64,000 nt of DNA from the human T2T-CHM13v2.0 reference genome, Homo sapiens, in assembly GCF_009914755.1 (NCBI RefSeq), contig NC_060948.1; one strand, written 5' to 3'. This document shows, in pieces, positions 1 to 15,254 of this stretch (position 1 is its first letter; each line of letters starts with the position of its first letter). The position numbers and the translations under genes are program-made. The notes under the pieces were generated by a model. That model was given only the letters and a program-made list of their open reading frames with translations, was not told the origin of the DNA and did no database searches.

Positions 1-940
1 GTCACAAATAAGTAACAGGACTTCCTCCTGTTTTTAAGGCTGTGTAGTATATCTCATTGTATATATGTGCCACACTTTATCTGTCGATCTGTTGATGAGC
101 CCTTGGGTTGTTACTGTATCTTGGCTATTATGAATAACGCTGAGATGAATATAGGACTGCAGCTATCTCTTTGACATGCTAATTTTATATGCTTTGAGCA
201 CATATTTTGAAGTAGAGTAGCTGGATCATGTGGTAATTCTATGTTTAATTTAACTTTATTTTTGAAACCTCAATTCTATGACCCCAAAAGCACAGGCTAC
301 AAAAGCACAACAAAAAACAATTGGATCATATTACATCAAACTGAAATGTTTCTGCACTGCAAAGGGAAAAGGGAAACAAATAGATTGAAGAGACAACTAA
401 AACACTTGGAGAAAATATCTGCAAACCACATACATGATAAAAGGTGAATAATAAATACATACAAGGAACTCAAGCCACTTAACAACAACAACAACAAAAA
501 TTAAGCCTATGAAATATGGACAGAGGACCTGAATTTACATTTCTCAAAAGAAGACATACAACTAGCAAACAACTCTAAATTAAATATTGATTAATTGATT
601 GATTTGAGATGGATTCTCACTCTGTCATCCAGGCTGGAGTGCAGTGATGTGATCTCAGCTCACTGAATCTCCACCCACTGGTTTCCAGCAATTCTGCCTC
701 AGCCTCCCTAGTAGCTGGGATTATAGGTGTGTGCTACTTCACCCGGCTAATTTCTGAACAACTGCATGTTTAAAGATGCTCAACACCACCATCAGGGAAA
801 TGCAAATTGAAACCAACAATGAGACCTGCTTTCACACATGTTGGAATGGCCATTACTATCAAGATGAAAAACGACAAGTGTTTTTGAGAATGTAGGGCAC
901 AGAGAATGCTTGTGCACTATTGGTAGGAATGTAAATTAAT
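1..940. mobile_element. Old L1 fragments (3' piece on minus ~1-260, ORF2 piece on plus ~265-940) with a partial Alu at ~604-755
   Basis: L1 motifs tcttggctattatgaataacgctg, gagaaaatatctgcaaaccac, catttctcaaaagaagacatacaa and atcagggaaatgcaaatt; Alu motif ccaggctggagtgcagtg. Confidence 0.75.
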
Positions 941-1376
941 ATATTACGTTATTAACCTGATGATTTATTTTTAAGAGAACAGGTTTTGTGCTTTAAGATG
1001 CATTAATATGAGTGGTTTTCTGTTAGTCAGTTTAATGAGAAACACTTTGGTTACCTTAAATTAATATAAGTAGGAGCATGCTCATAAGACTTCTCTTTCA
1101 GGTTCTCCTTAAGTACAGAATGAAAACTATGGTAAGTACTCTTTCTGAAAAGAAAATATTCGCTGATAATGTATATGCTAGATTACAAACACTTGTTAAA
1201 TTAAAGGCACATGTTCCAAAAGTGTACCAGGTGAAAAATGCATTATGGGTTTTTTTTCTGCCCAGATTTTGGACCCAGAGGGATTTTTGATTTTGTTTTG
1301 TTTTGTTTAAAAATTTGTACAATTATATTGAAGAAAATAAAAATTGCTAATGCATAGTAACAGGAGAAAAATCAAT

Positions 1377-1382
1377 TTTATT
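1377..1382 (-). terminator. Candidate polyadenylation signal AATAAA of the XKR3/XKRY-like terminal exon
   Basis: tttatt on plus, ~105 nt downstream of the homologous stop codon on minus. Confidence 0.4.
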
Positions 1383-1486
1383 AGAAACTACTTCCAAGAC
1401 TTTGCTGTTTATATTTTTATGAGTATCTTTATAAAGTCATATCCAGCCTCTTTACTCTTTGTTCTGTGAAAGTATATATGTATATT

Positions 1487-2273
<787 letters not shown>

Positions 2274-3372
2274 CTATTAACGGTAAATATGAAAATGTTA
2301 GAGAATAATTTGTATTAGTAATGGCCACTTTCTCTTTTAAACTTGACATGTTAACATATATGCCTCCCAACCCACCTCCTTCAGAAAATAATTGACTTAA
2401 AAGAAACAAAAAAAAAGTGCTAACTTTCCATTATCAGGGATTTAGTAAATCTATGCATGCAAAACATATATTACTCCTGGGAAAAACAAATAATAAGGGA
2501 ATACATATATATTCATATTTATAAACTTCTATACATATTCCCTCAAAGAAAATAGCTGGAACAGATGAAATTAGATAGATACATTCATATCTGATGCTAT
2601 AAGGTGTGACAGCACATAGAAAGATTTCTCAACAAAGAAAAAATCAAATTACCTGAATTAGACCTTGAAAATGTAGCTTCTTTTTTATAGAAAGTTAGAG
2701 TGTAAAGTAAGAAATTACAGAGTAAAATAGGAGGCAAATGTAATATAAACTGTGTTTTAGATTATGGTGATAACAGAAAGTAGGAAATAAGCTGTGGAGT
2801 TAAAGTAAATCCTGGAAGTAGAACTGAACAGATTTTGCTGAGTGATGGAATACCAGGTACTAGAGAAGAAGAAAAACTAAAAGTTTTAGAAATTAAGTGT
2901 TACATGTGTATGTGCTTTTGTTTGCATGTATGTATGTAATTTTATCAGAAAAATTTTTCATAAGCAAATTAATTTAATTTTGACATTGTTCTGCGAATAA
3001 TTAGACGAATATGCACAAGAAAGAAAACCAAAATTATGAAGTAGTTGAATAATCAGTTTAAACAATTCTGTACTACATTCAGTTGAAAGAGTAAAACTTC
3101 ATTTCACATATGCAGGTGGGTTAAAAAAATACACTCTTCATACACAATGAAATGAAGCTAGAAAACAAAAAGAGGCCAAATAGTCATCACTTACCTAAAG
3201 TAATTACTCATTTTATAACACCATTTAGAAAATGAATATCAACAGTCCATTTATTCCTTCAGGAATACCCAAAGAGAAACTCTAAAGCAATAACATTCTG
3301 AACTGTATTTATGAGAAATAAGACTGAATAAAAATAAATGACCTAAAAATTAAGTCTTAGAAAGTAATTTTA

Positions 3373-3600
3373 GCTGGGTATAGTGACTCATACTGTAATC
3401 CTAGCACTTTAGGAGGCTGAGGTGAGTAGATCACTTGAGCCCAACAACAACAGCAACAACAACAACAACAACAACAACAACAAACAACAACAGTAACAAC
3501 AAGGAAATACACAAAAAAATGTTAGGGAGGCATGGAGGCACATGCCTGTATCTCAACTATTCAGGAGGCAGAGGTGGGAGGATTGCTTGTGCAAAGGTAG
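3373..3600 (+). mobile_element. Degenerate Alu with an internal (AAC)n expansion
   Basis: tgtaatcctagcactttaggaggctgagg, (caa)n at 3443-3500, ggcacatgcctgtatctcaactattcaggaggc. Confidence 0.8.
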
Positions 3601-6600
3601 TAGGCATAGAGCTTTTTTGCCTTGGGACTTTTATATCCCTTTCCCCTGACCCCAGCACTTTAGGAGGCTGATACTCAGGGTTAACCTTATAGACCAACCC
3701 CGGCAACAGATCAGAAACTATGACCTCAGCAGAATGGACTTCAGTTCCTGTCAATATTCCTGTTGATTGACTGCAGTAACTTCAGGCACCAAATAAACGA
3801 CACAGGGCAGACCATGGAAGCTACAGACCTTGAGTGCACCCATTGCTCAACTGTGTGCTACAGATGGAGCCTGGCATTGACTCAGCTTTGCCGGTCAAAT
3901 TACACCAACCATGAAAGTCTGCTCATTAGTGTTTCCCCTAGTGCTACCAGGGCTGAAGCTATCTTAGACTTAAACACCTTAATTTCCTTCTTCTCCTTGC
4001 CCTGAATCTCTGGACAGGCTTACCGTGGAAGAAAGCTTCCAAACACAGCCAAACCATGAACATTGAATTAGGCACCTACATCACTGTGCAGACATTGATG
4101 CGTAGTCCCAAGGATTAGGATCGATGAGAGAAAGATGATGGCATCGAGTGGTCAAAATAAGGTGTCAGTGGTGACTGACCCACAAGAGACGGGCATGGAC
4201 ACATTGCCTGACAAGGAATTCAAAATAATTATTTTAAGACAATGCAGTGGACTTCAGGAAAACACAAAGGATTCTGAAATTTATCAGAGAAACTTACCTG
4301 AGAGGTTAAAATAATGGGAGAAAAAAACAAACAAAAATCTTGAAGAATAAAACACCACAAAATAAAAAATGCAGTTGACAGCAATGCCAACAGAAATGGT
4401 CAAGCAGCAAAACTCAAAGATAGGTCAATTCAAAGTACACAGTCAGAGGAGCAAATATAAATAAGATTCATGAGATTAATGGGATAACATCCAAACAGCA
4501 AAGGTATCAGACACTAGCATTCAAGAGTGTGGTAGAGCTGGGCACAATGGCTCATGCCTGTATTCCCAGCACTTTGGGAGGCCAAGGTGGGAGGATCACA
4601 TGTTGCCAAGAGCCTGAGAGCAGCCTGGCTACATGGTGAAACTGTTTCTCTATTAAAATACCAAAATTAGCCAGTTATATTGGTGGACATCTGTAACCCC
4701 AGCTACTCAGAAGGCTGAGTTTGGAGAATCACTTGAACTCAGGAGAATCTCTGGAACCCAGGACTTGGAAGTTGCAGTGAGTCACAATCACACCATTGCA
4801 CTCCAACCTGAGACAAGAGCAAACCTCCATCTCAACAAAAAAATGTATAAAAAAGAGTAGAAAGCTTATTTAGAGAAATAATGAGAAACCTTTCCAAACT
4901 TACATAGAAATATAAATATTCTGCTACAGGAATATCAAGGGCTTCCAATCATATTCAATATCAATAAAAATATCTGCATGACTTAATATAACCTAACCAC
5001 CAAATATCAAAGTCAAAGAGAGGATACAGAATTAAGCAGGAGAAAGAAAAGAAAATATTATTTCAAGAATGCAAGTATATAAGTAATATATGCATATATA
5101 TAATACAAATGTTAATAGATCCAAAGACAGATAAAAAGTGCAAGATAATAATAGAAAACTTCAGCACCTTACTCTCTGCAAAGAATAGATAATGCAGACT
5201 GAATTCAATAAGTAAGCATTGGATTAAAATGCCGAGTAGGGCAAATGCTAAAAACAGCTACTGAACTATCCATCCAAGAGCTATAAAATAAACATTCTTC
5301 TCCACTGCAAACATGGAAGATCTTCCAGGATACGTCATACATTAGGCAAAAAAAGTCACATCTTAACAAATTTGAAAAGATCAAAGTCATATCAAGTATC
5401 TCTTCCGAAATCACTAAATCATAAGTATATCAAAATTAAACAACATACTCCTGAACAACCAGTGAATCAATGAAGACAATAAGGATAAAACACCGTGTTT
5501 CTTGAGTCAAAAATAGAAACACAACACCGCAAAACCTGTGGGAAACAACCAAAGCAGTTTTAAGAGGGAAGTTATGGCAATAAATGCCTTCATGTAAAAC
5601 AAGATATCAAATACACAACTTGATGTTTCAATCAAGGAATCAGAAAAACAAAAAGCTAAACTTAAAAGTAAAAAAAAAACAAAGCCCCTAATAAAGAAAA
5701 TCAGAGCCAAAAAAGAGATACCATAACTGACACCAAGAAATAAATTAATGGTAAGAAATCGAATCAGCTGTAAAAAGTCACCTGTTAAAGATAAGCCCAG
5801 GACCTGATGTGTTCACTGCTGCATTCTACCTACCACAAAAAGGAAACTACTGCCACTTTTTTTTAACCTAGTGAAAACAAAAACATAAAAGAAAAAAGGA
5901 AGATATGGGAACCGTTCCAACTCATTCCATGGGGACGGCATTACGCTGATTACTAAACCAGACAAGGATACAAGAAAAAAGAGAAAACTATGGGCCACTA
6001 TATCTAATAAACATAATGCAAAAATCCTCAACACAATACTGGGAAAATGACTTATAATGCACATTTGGAAAATCATTCACCGTGATCAAACGAGATTACA
6101 GGGATGCAGGAATGGTTTAATACACGAGAATTATTAAATGTCATAGATTACATCAACAAAATAAAGAACAAAGTCTATGCATTCATTTCGATATATGAAA
6201 AAAATGACAAAATTCGACATTTTTCACAATAAAATCTCTTAATAAATCATGCGTGGAACAACTGTAACTCAACACAACAAATGACATAGACCCAAATAAC
6301 CAGATAACACTATATATGATGAACCCTTAGCTAGTATCACAGTCAGTGAGAGTTAAAATTGAAAGCTTTGCTGTGAAGATCTGAAAGAAGACCAGGATGT
6401 TCACTTTCACTACTTATAGTAACATAAAACCGAAAGTCATTAACTAGATAAATTAGTCAAGAGAAAGTGAGAAAAGTCACCCAAGTTGGAAAGGCAGAAG
6501 TAAAATTGTCCATATATGCTAATGACATATAAGGGAATCCTTAAACATACCACTAAAAAGTAGTTAGAACTAATTCTGAAAGTCAGTAACGTTTCCGTTT

Positions 6601-7810
6601 ATGAAATCAACATATAAAATTCCATAGCATTTCCATGCACTAATAGCAAAGTATGTATTAAAAAAAAAACTTCAGAAAACAATCTCATTTACAATAGCTA
6701 TGGGGGATAAAAAGGAGTAAATTTAAGCAAGGAGGTAAAAAAATCTGCATTCTGAAAACTATGAAACATTAATAAAATGTTAAAATGACATAACTAAATG
6801 AAAATATATCTATGTTTCTATGTTCGTTGATTGGAAAAAGTAATATGGTTAAAATGTTTATATGAGCCAAAGCAGTGCACAGATAGAATGCAATCTCTAT
6901 CAAAACACCAATCGCATTTTTCACAGAAATTGAAAAAATCCTAAATTAATACAAAACCACAAACACACACACACAAAAACCCTGAATAGTCAAAGCAATC
7001 GTGAAGATGGCAGTGCGGTTGGGGAGTGAACCCACAGAACTGGAGATGTCACAATGCTATAAACCAATACAATAGAACACAGTGAACAAAAATAAATTTA
7101 CACCTGTATAGCCAACTGATATTCCTCAGAGGTGCCAAGAACACAAAATGAGAAAATGTCAATCTCTTCCATAAGTGGTGCTGGGAAAACAAGAGAGCTA
7201 CATGCAAAAGAATATAATTAAAACCCTATTTCTCACCACGTACAAAAATTAACTCACACGGATTAAAAAGCCTACTGCAGTGGTGTGCCCCTGTAGTTTC
7301 AGCTACTCAGGAGTCTCAGATGCGAGGATCACCTGAGCCTAGGTGTCGAAAGCTGTAGCATGAAACACTTATGCCACTGTACTCCACACTAGGTAATATA
7401 GTGAGACCTCACCTATAAGAATATATTTTAAAAAACATTTAAAAATAAAGATGTAATGAAAACACAAAACTGTCAAACTAGTTGAATAAATCACAAAACA
7501 CATTTAATGACGTTGGTCTGGGCAGGAATGTTTTTTGGATAAGACTTCAAAAGCACAAGCAAAAAACACACAGGCAGAAAAATGAGGTTACATTATACTA
7601 GAAAACTTCCATACAGCAAAAATGAAAATAAAATAAAATAAATCACCAGAGTGATAGAATGAGAGAAAATATTTGCAAACTGTACATCAGACAAGGAGTT
7701 AATCAAAATATACCAGGAACTAAAAATGATTCAAAAGAACAAGGAAATAATAACCTAATTAAAAATAAGTATCTTCTGTTTTCAAAAGAATATATACACA
7801 GAGCTAACGG
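3600..7810 (+). mobile_element. Degenerate L1 (L1M/L1MA-like) spanning 5'UTR, ORF1 and ORF2 with deletions; interrupted by Alus at ~4537-4845 and ~7278-7415
   Basis: gcctgacaaggaattcaaaata (ORF1), aagcccaggacctgatg, aatgcaaaaatcctcaac, atgcaatctctatcaaa, gtggtgctgggaaaac (ORF2). Confidence 0.85.
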
Positions 7811-7954
7811 GTGTGTGTGTGTGTGCACGTGTGTGTGTGTGGGTGTGTGCATGTCTGTGGCTGTGTGTATATATATGTAGGTGATTACTATATATATGTA
7901 TATACACACACACATATATATGCATATAGTAATCTTAACATTTCTCATGATCAC

Positions 7955-8180
7955 AGAATTGCAAACTCTACCTTCCAGGCTCAAGCGATTCCACTGCCTC
8001 AGCCTCTGAAGTAGCTGGAATTAGAGGCACGTGCCACTCGCCCAGCTAGTTTTGTATTTTTAGTAGAGATGGGGTTTCACTATGTTAGCTAAGCTGGCCT
8101 GGAACTGCCAACCTCAGGTGATCTACCCGACTCGGCCTTTCAAGGTGCTGGGATTAGAGGTGTGAGCCACCATGCTCGGT
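7955..8180 (-). mobile_element. Alu (S-like), partial
   Basis: ctcaagcgatt...gcctcagcctc...tttgtatttttagtagagatggggtttcac. Confidence 0.9.
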
Positions 8181-8245
8181 CTATTGCAAGAAATTTAAGA
8201 AATTTATAAAATTTCATAAGTTGACCTTGTAAAAAAGAAAAAGTT

Positions 8246-8662
<417 letters not shown>

Positions 8663-8790
8663 CTAAGTCCTTTTCTTTCAGGAGATTCAGTCAATTAAAC
8701 TTAAATTAGCTCCAGAGTATGGTCCAGAATCACTGCATGCATTGTCACTCAGATTAAGCCTTTGGCTTTGCAGGAATGTTTATTGCCCTG

Positions 8791-9273
8791 CTAGTGTTAC
8801 TAATTGCTCCTGCTATTACTAATTTGTATTCGCATAGAAGATTAAATCGTGAGGTTACATATTTTTGCATGTGTTTATAAACTTCTGCACTTACCTTTTT
8901 GATGAAAGGTAAGACTTATCCCCATTGCCTCCTAATCATATAAAATGTATATAATTTTTATACATTTTACTATCTTGGAACTCTACATGCACATCTGTTA
9001 GTGCTAGTGTTACTAATTGCTAGTGTTACTAGTGTTACTAATTGCTCTTGCTTTTACTAATTGCTCCTAGTGTTAGTAATTGCTCCTCCTATTACTAATT
9101 TGTATTTGCATAGAAGATTAAATCGTGAGGTTACACATTTTTGCATGTGTTTATAAACTTCTGCACTTACCTTTTTATTGAAAGGTAACACTTATCCCCA
9201 TTGCCTCCTAATTATATAAAATGTATATAATTTTTATACATTTTACTATCTTGGAACTCTAAATGCACATCTG
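8791..9273. repeat. 207-bp tandem duplication (8791-8997 and 9067-9273) with a spacer built from short copies of the unit start
   Basis: Both copies run ctagtgtta..taattgctcc...gcatagaagattaaatcgtgaggttac...ttggaactcta.atgcacatctg. Confidence 0.93.
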
Positions 9274-9818
9274 AATGAAATTAGTTCTTACAAAATTTAC
9301 AGTACTCGTGCAAATCAGCATAGTAACAGAGAGAAGTCAGATGGAAATGAACTGCCTAGCTATGTTTTGATATTCCAAGTCATAGCTACAAATTTAGGGA
9401 TATCTAGAAAATCTACCACTAACGTGTTAAATCACGTCAGTTGACAAATAAAATTTATGAGATTAATTTTGAGCCATACTCTCTTCTCACTCTACTCTCA
9501 TCCCTTAATTTAATGTTATATTTCTATCCCTCATAACTATTTGGAATGCCCATGAGGCTGAATTAGAATAATATTAAAAGGAACAGAAAAAACGACTGAC
9601 TTAATCCCATTTGCATTGTTAAAAAACTATCATTACCTTATGACTGATAAAAATTGCATGGGAAAATTTTCAAAATTGTGAAAAGTAAATAAATCTAAAC
9701 AGAGGGTGCATTTCAGTTAGAGGAACGATGATTATCACTTCCTTAATCTTGTTCGTGAACTATTTATATTCTATTTACTGTTTGGAAACAGAGAATGAGA
9801 GATATTTGTGTCACTTAC

Positions 9819-10171
<353 letters not shown>

Positions 10172-10760
10172 TCAAACTCTTCTTGTCAGTGAATCCAGTA
10201 TAGCTCAGTATCAAATCCAAACAGAAGAAAACCAGATTCTGTATAATTCACTGTTCATGGAAAATATAAAAAAGTAAATACGGCTCACTAATCACAACTT
10301 AAAAATCTATGTCTTGTTTAAGAAATATTAAACCATGACTTGACATAATTTAGTCAATTAAAGCATTTGACATAATTCAGTCAATATGTCCAGTAACTTG
10401 ACGTACTATTTCTTCAGTACATATTGTTTAAAGGAAATAGACAATAAAACTTGTATGAGGCATTGACTACCCCTTAATACCAAGATGATAGTCCTGTCTT
10501 CAAGTAGTAAGAAAAAAGGTGCACATTTCTCCTAAGTTTCCTTTTTGTGACCTTCAGCCAGTGTCTCCTGCTGACATCAACTAAAACAAAAGGGCACAAT
10601 GTCTAAGCCAAATCTAACCATGATGACACTGAGAAAAGTATCTAACAGGTATTTCTGATTGAGAGAGGAATAGAAAATAGTGAGCCCTTTAAGTACCACT
10701 TATTGTTAGTTGTTGGCCATTTTTCATTTAAAATACTGATTCTTGGCTTGATTTAATGCA

Positions 10761-10835
10761 GAAGTTATGAAGTTATTAATCAAGTAAAGTTATGAAGTTA
10801 TTAATCAAGTTATTAATGAAGTTATTAATCAAGAA
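10761..10835. repeat. Short imperfect tandem repeat (gaagttattaatcaa units)
   Basis: Repeated aagttatgaagttattaatcaag motifs visible directly. Confidence 0.8.
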
Positions 10836-12011
10836 AAGTTTCAATTTAAATAGATATGAAATCCAGATTTGAATGGTTATAGAAGATCCAAATTCTATTT
10901 TGTTGGGGGGGGGTAGGGGTGGGGTGAAATAGCTCTTATTAGGTTCTTTGCAGACAAACTGCCAGAGAAATTACTGATATACTGTCAAGGTCAATTAGTC
11001 ATTATGTGTGGGAAGCAATATTAAACAAAAATGAATAAGAAGGAAGAGAAAAGGCAACAGGACTTTTAACTCAAGTAAATATTGGAACAGAAACCTTTTT
11101 CTGACTAAAAAGGTTGTTAATATAATAAAAAGGCATGAAAGGTGTAAGAATCTAATGCAAATTACCAGAGAGAAAACATAATATTTTCCCAGAAGACATT
11201 GGTCTTTTGTTAAAATATAACAATGGGAAAAATAGAAGCAGTAGTTTAAGTAAGTGGAAGGGAAGAATCAAGAAGTTACTATTTTATTTTTATTTGATAA
11301 GATGTTTATTTCCTGAACTTTCTTTGCATTGCTTTTATTCTCATAACTTATCATAAATATGCTTTCCTCCAATTTGCTAAGTTTTATGCTGCAGAGTATT
11401 AAATTCCTCAACTTCTGTTGTTCATTATTCTGATCCTAATCACACCTTTATCTATATGCACTTATTTATTCAAAGACAAAACATTTATCACATTTTAAAA
11501 TACATCCTCCTGGACCCAACTCATCAATATGATTGATATTTTCCTCTTTTGCATAATTAATTTTATTCTCTTCTTCACTGCCCTGATTTCCTTATCACAC
11601 ATGTATAAAAAACTCCATATTTTATGATCCACAACAAAAAAAAACTGTCTCTTTTGGTACTGACCTTTTTCTCTGCTTTAATTTGCACAGAGAATTTCTA
11701 TTAGCTATTTCCTTTCCATCAGTTCTTATTCTGCCTCAAGTTTTATCCCACAACAGTGAAGTCATAGTCCTTTCTCAAAGGTCATCAGTGACACCCTAAT
11801 TGCTAAATTTAAAATTTTACCTTGAATTTCAGGTGAATATTTTTACCATTGATATTACACTCTCATTTGAAAATTCTACTTACCTTTACCAGTCAGGCTT
11901 TCATCCCCAACAGTCTACCAAATGTACTATATTTAAAATAATTAGCTTCCCTTTTTGCCAAATATAATAGTTTGTTTTTTAAATTTCTTGTCTTTGTTGT
12001 TTGTGTGTTTA

Positions 12012-12279
12012 TTGAGACATGGTCTGCCTCTGTTCTCCAGGCTGGAGTGCAGTGCTTTATCAAGAACTGACTGCAGCCTCAACCTCCCAGGCTCAAGCGA
12101 TCTTTCCACTGCAGCCTCCAGGGTGACTGTGACTACAGGCCACCCAGACTAGCTAATTTTGGTAGAAACACGGCCTCTCCTTGTATCCCAGGCTGGTCTT
12201 GATTCCTGGGATCAAGCCGTCTGCCTGCCTCAGGCTCCCAAAGTGCTGCCATTGGAGGTGTGAGCCACCAGTCCTGGCC
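12012..12279 (-). mobile_element. AluJ-like
   Basis: ccaggctggagtgcagtg...ctgcagcctcaacctcccaggctcaagcgatc. Confidence 0.88.
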
Positions 12280-13325
12280 AAATGTAACAACTATTTCTTA
12301 GTTTGTCTCTTCTTTGAACTATTCCTAGTGAGTTTACTCTCAATCTCCCAGTTATCTCTTCAGTACCATGGATTTCTAAATGGTACTGAGTCCCAGATTG
12401 TTATCTCCAGCCAGTCTCTTACTAAAGCCCAAATCATGGATGACTCTAATGCACATACTCATGTTTAACAGACAATTTGATCTCAAGGCTACACACTGAA
12501 TTCTGATGCTCCTGCCAAAAAACTTTCCCCAGGTGTTTCCCATTTCACCTGATAGTAATTACATCCCGCTGCAAAGGCCTAAAACTGTAAGGTCAACAGT
12601 GATGCTTTTCTTTACATCTCATCATTTCTATTAATCCCCAAATTCTGCATGTTTTCCTTTTAAAACGGGTCCCGAATCTCACCACTTTTCCCTGTTTCTC
12701 CTGCTGTCACCCAGATACAGGTCATCCACATTTCCCATCTGATTAACTCAGCCTCTTTAGTGATCTCCTATCTTCCACTATTACAACTATTACACTATTA
12801 CAACTATGTGAGTTATAGCTCAGATACTATAAAATTAGCCATTGTAAAGTACAAATTCAGTGATTTTCACGATATTCTCAACGTTATGCAACCATCACTA
12901 TTTGTCCTTACCTTAAAAAGTAAATCTACCTATTAGCATTCAATCCCAGCTTCCCTTTGTCCTAAGATAAAACCATGGTCTTTATAATGTAATAAACCAC
13001 TGCATATTATTTTCTTCTTCTTATATTTTGCTTATCTTCTTCTACCGTCCTCTTTCTTGTTCTGAGCCTCAGTGTAGGCTACAACTTCAGAGGTTTTGCA
13101 CTCCTTGTTGTTTCAATAAGTTTGCTCAGATCTCCTTTGAGCTTATACTATTTACCTGCTTATAAATGAACCCACCAACCTTATCTTTATTACTTAAAAA
13201 TAAAATCACTAGCTGTTGTCACTACTTTTCACTAAAGCCAAAATGTAAATTCCATCAGAACATGGATTTTTGTCTTTTGTCAGGTGAACTGGCATAAACA
13301 ATACTTGATATATTTGCACTTAAAT

Positions 13326-13381
<56 letters not shown>

Positions 13382-13662
13382 TTATGGCCCGGGGGTGGAG
13401 TGTGATTAAATCTTGCTCTGTTGCTCAAGCTGGAGTGACAGGATCTCAGTTCACTGCCACCTCTGCCTCTTGGGTTCAAGCAATTCTGCTGTGTCAGCCT
13501 CCTGAGTAGCTGGGAACTCAGGGGCCTCCCAGACCAACTGGCAGTTTTTTTGTTTGTTTGTTTGTTTTTGACATTTTTAATGCAGACGGGGTTTCTCCAT
13601 GTTGGCCAGGCTGATGTCAAACTCCTGGCCTCAGGTCGTCCACCCGCCTTGGCCCCCCACAC
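13326..13662 (-). mobile_element. Alu with a (TATC)n tetranucleotide repeat (13326-13381) at its tail
   Basis: (tatc)n followed by tcttgctctgttgctcaagctggagtg...catgttggccaggctg. Confidence 0.88.
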
Positions 13663-14269
13663 TTAATTGTTTTGATTGAATGTGTGAGTAATCATGCCTG
13701 GCATGACCTTTATTCTAAAAGGTTCAAAGACATAATATCTGCAACACGACTTATTATTTGGTCTTCTTATTAAACTGTGGAGACTGAAGCAATAAAAAGT
13801 TACATAATTTGTCTAAATTATTTATCCTGCTGGTTTTATTGTCAAACTAGATAATTCTGTCTGCTTCTATTTATGTATAACAAGGATTAAAAGGTACATT
13901 AAATTCTTCAGGTGTATGCTCCACAATTTATAATTTAAAACGGATATTGCCAACTTCTTTCTAGATTCTGAGTTTCGCCTTCTTATATAAAATGGTTTAA
14001 CATTTAGGGGCATATTTCTAGGCATTATTTATAAGTAAACCATCATCCACCTACATGGCCATTTCCCCCAGTTTTGCTGTGTAGACTGGAGAAAGCATTC
14101 TTTCTTATTCAATTCCAATTTTGAGTTTAGCTCACATTGTTTTTTCAGTTGTTCACTTCTCTGCCACTTTATGTGACTGAGGCCCATTCAATACTTTTGT
14201 CTCGTGTTTAACTTGCATCTACATTCCTGCTAAGGCTCGTAGTGCTCAAAACTTTGACCAAGCTTTCAA

Positions 14270-15220
14270 CAGTTTTTTAATTGAGAGATAACTCACAAAC
14301 TATCACATTAGCCATTTTAAAGTACATACTCTGTTTTTTTTCAGGGTATTCACAAAGGTGTGCAAACATCACCACTTTTTAAATACAGAAGATTTCCATC
14401 ATCAAAAAAATGAAAACACCTCTGCACCCATTACCATTAACTCCCAGCTTCCCCGTTTCCTAGAGCCCTTGGTATCCAATAAGCCGTTTTCTGTCACTAT
14501 GGATTTGCCTATTACAGACACTTCATATAAATGGATTCATACAGTATGAGGCTGTTTGTGACTTACAGCCTTCTGTTGCAGATTATCCTCAAGGGGCTAT
14601 GTATAAGAAACACCCATGAAAGGTAAAGACAATGCCTCCTTCTAAGGCAGAGTTTCCTTTCTTTACAATGCTGGGGTCTCCTAAGCTTGAGATTTCTGCA
14701 ACAGGCTTGCTATTCTTTCCTGTTATTAAGCCAGGCATACTGAGGCAAAAAAGTTTCAGTATTTTGTCTAAATTCTTTATCTTGGTGGTTTCATTATAGA
14801 ATATATGGATTTGCATCAATCATATCAGATATATGGTAGGTGAACGTATGATGCCAATGCACGGCAAGGGTAGCATCGGCCTAGGTCTACCTCCACATTA
14901 GGAGTTGATGGAAACATTTATATCGTGACTAATGCTACTACAAACATTCCTATACAAATTAGCATAAATACACCTTGATTTTTGGAAAATATGCAAATGT
15001 ACTCAAATTATTTAAGAAACAGACTGTTTTCTAAAGAAGCAACCTCACTTTATATTCCCACTAGCAATTTGGATGTGCTTCCCAATGTTTCCATATATTC
15101 ACAAACATCTGTCATTTCTTTCTGATTACAGGCCATTCTATTTAATATACATTTATATCTCTCATTGTGGTTTGCTTTTCATTTTCCTCATACCTAGTTT
15201 TCTTTTCACATGCTTAGTTC
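14270..15220 (-). mobile_element. Old L1M 3' fragment, interrupted at ~14570-14900 by an unidentified, probably LTR-derived segment
   Basis: ttttctgtcactatggatttgcctatt..gacacttcatataaatggattcatacagtatg; tatattcccactagcaa; ctcattgtggttt. Confidence 0.65.
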
Positions 15221-15254
15221 TAGATTTGATGTGACAATAATTAAAAAGATAAAG

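Noticed and set aside
8998-9090. Short repeats as a CRISPR-like array
   Set aside because: Eukaryotic context with no unique spacers; explained as a duplication junction
10905-10924. G-run as a functional G-quadruplex
   Set aside because: Isolated short G tract with no supporting context
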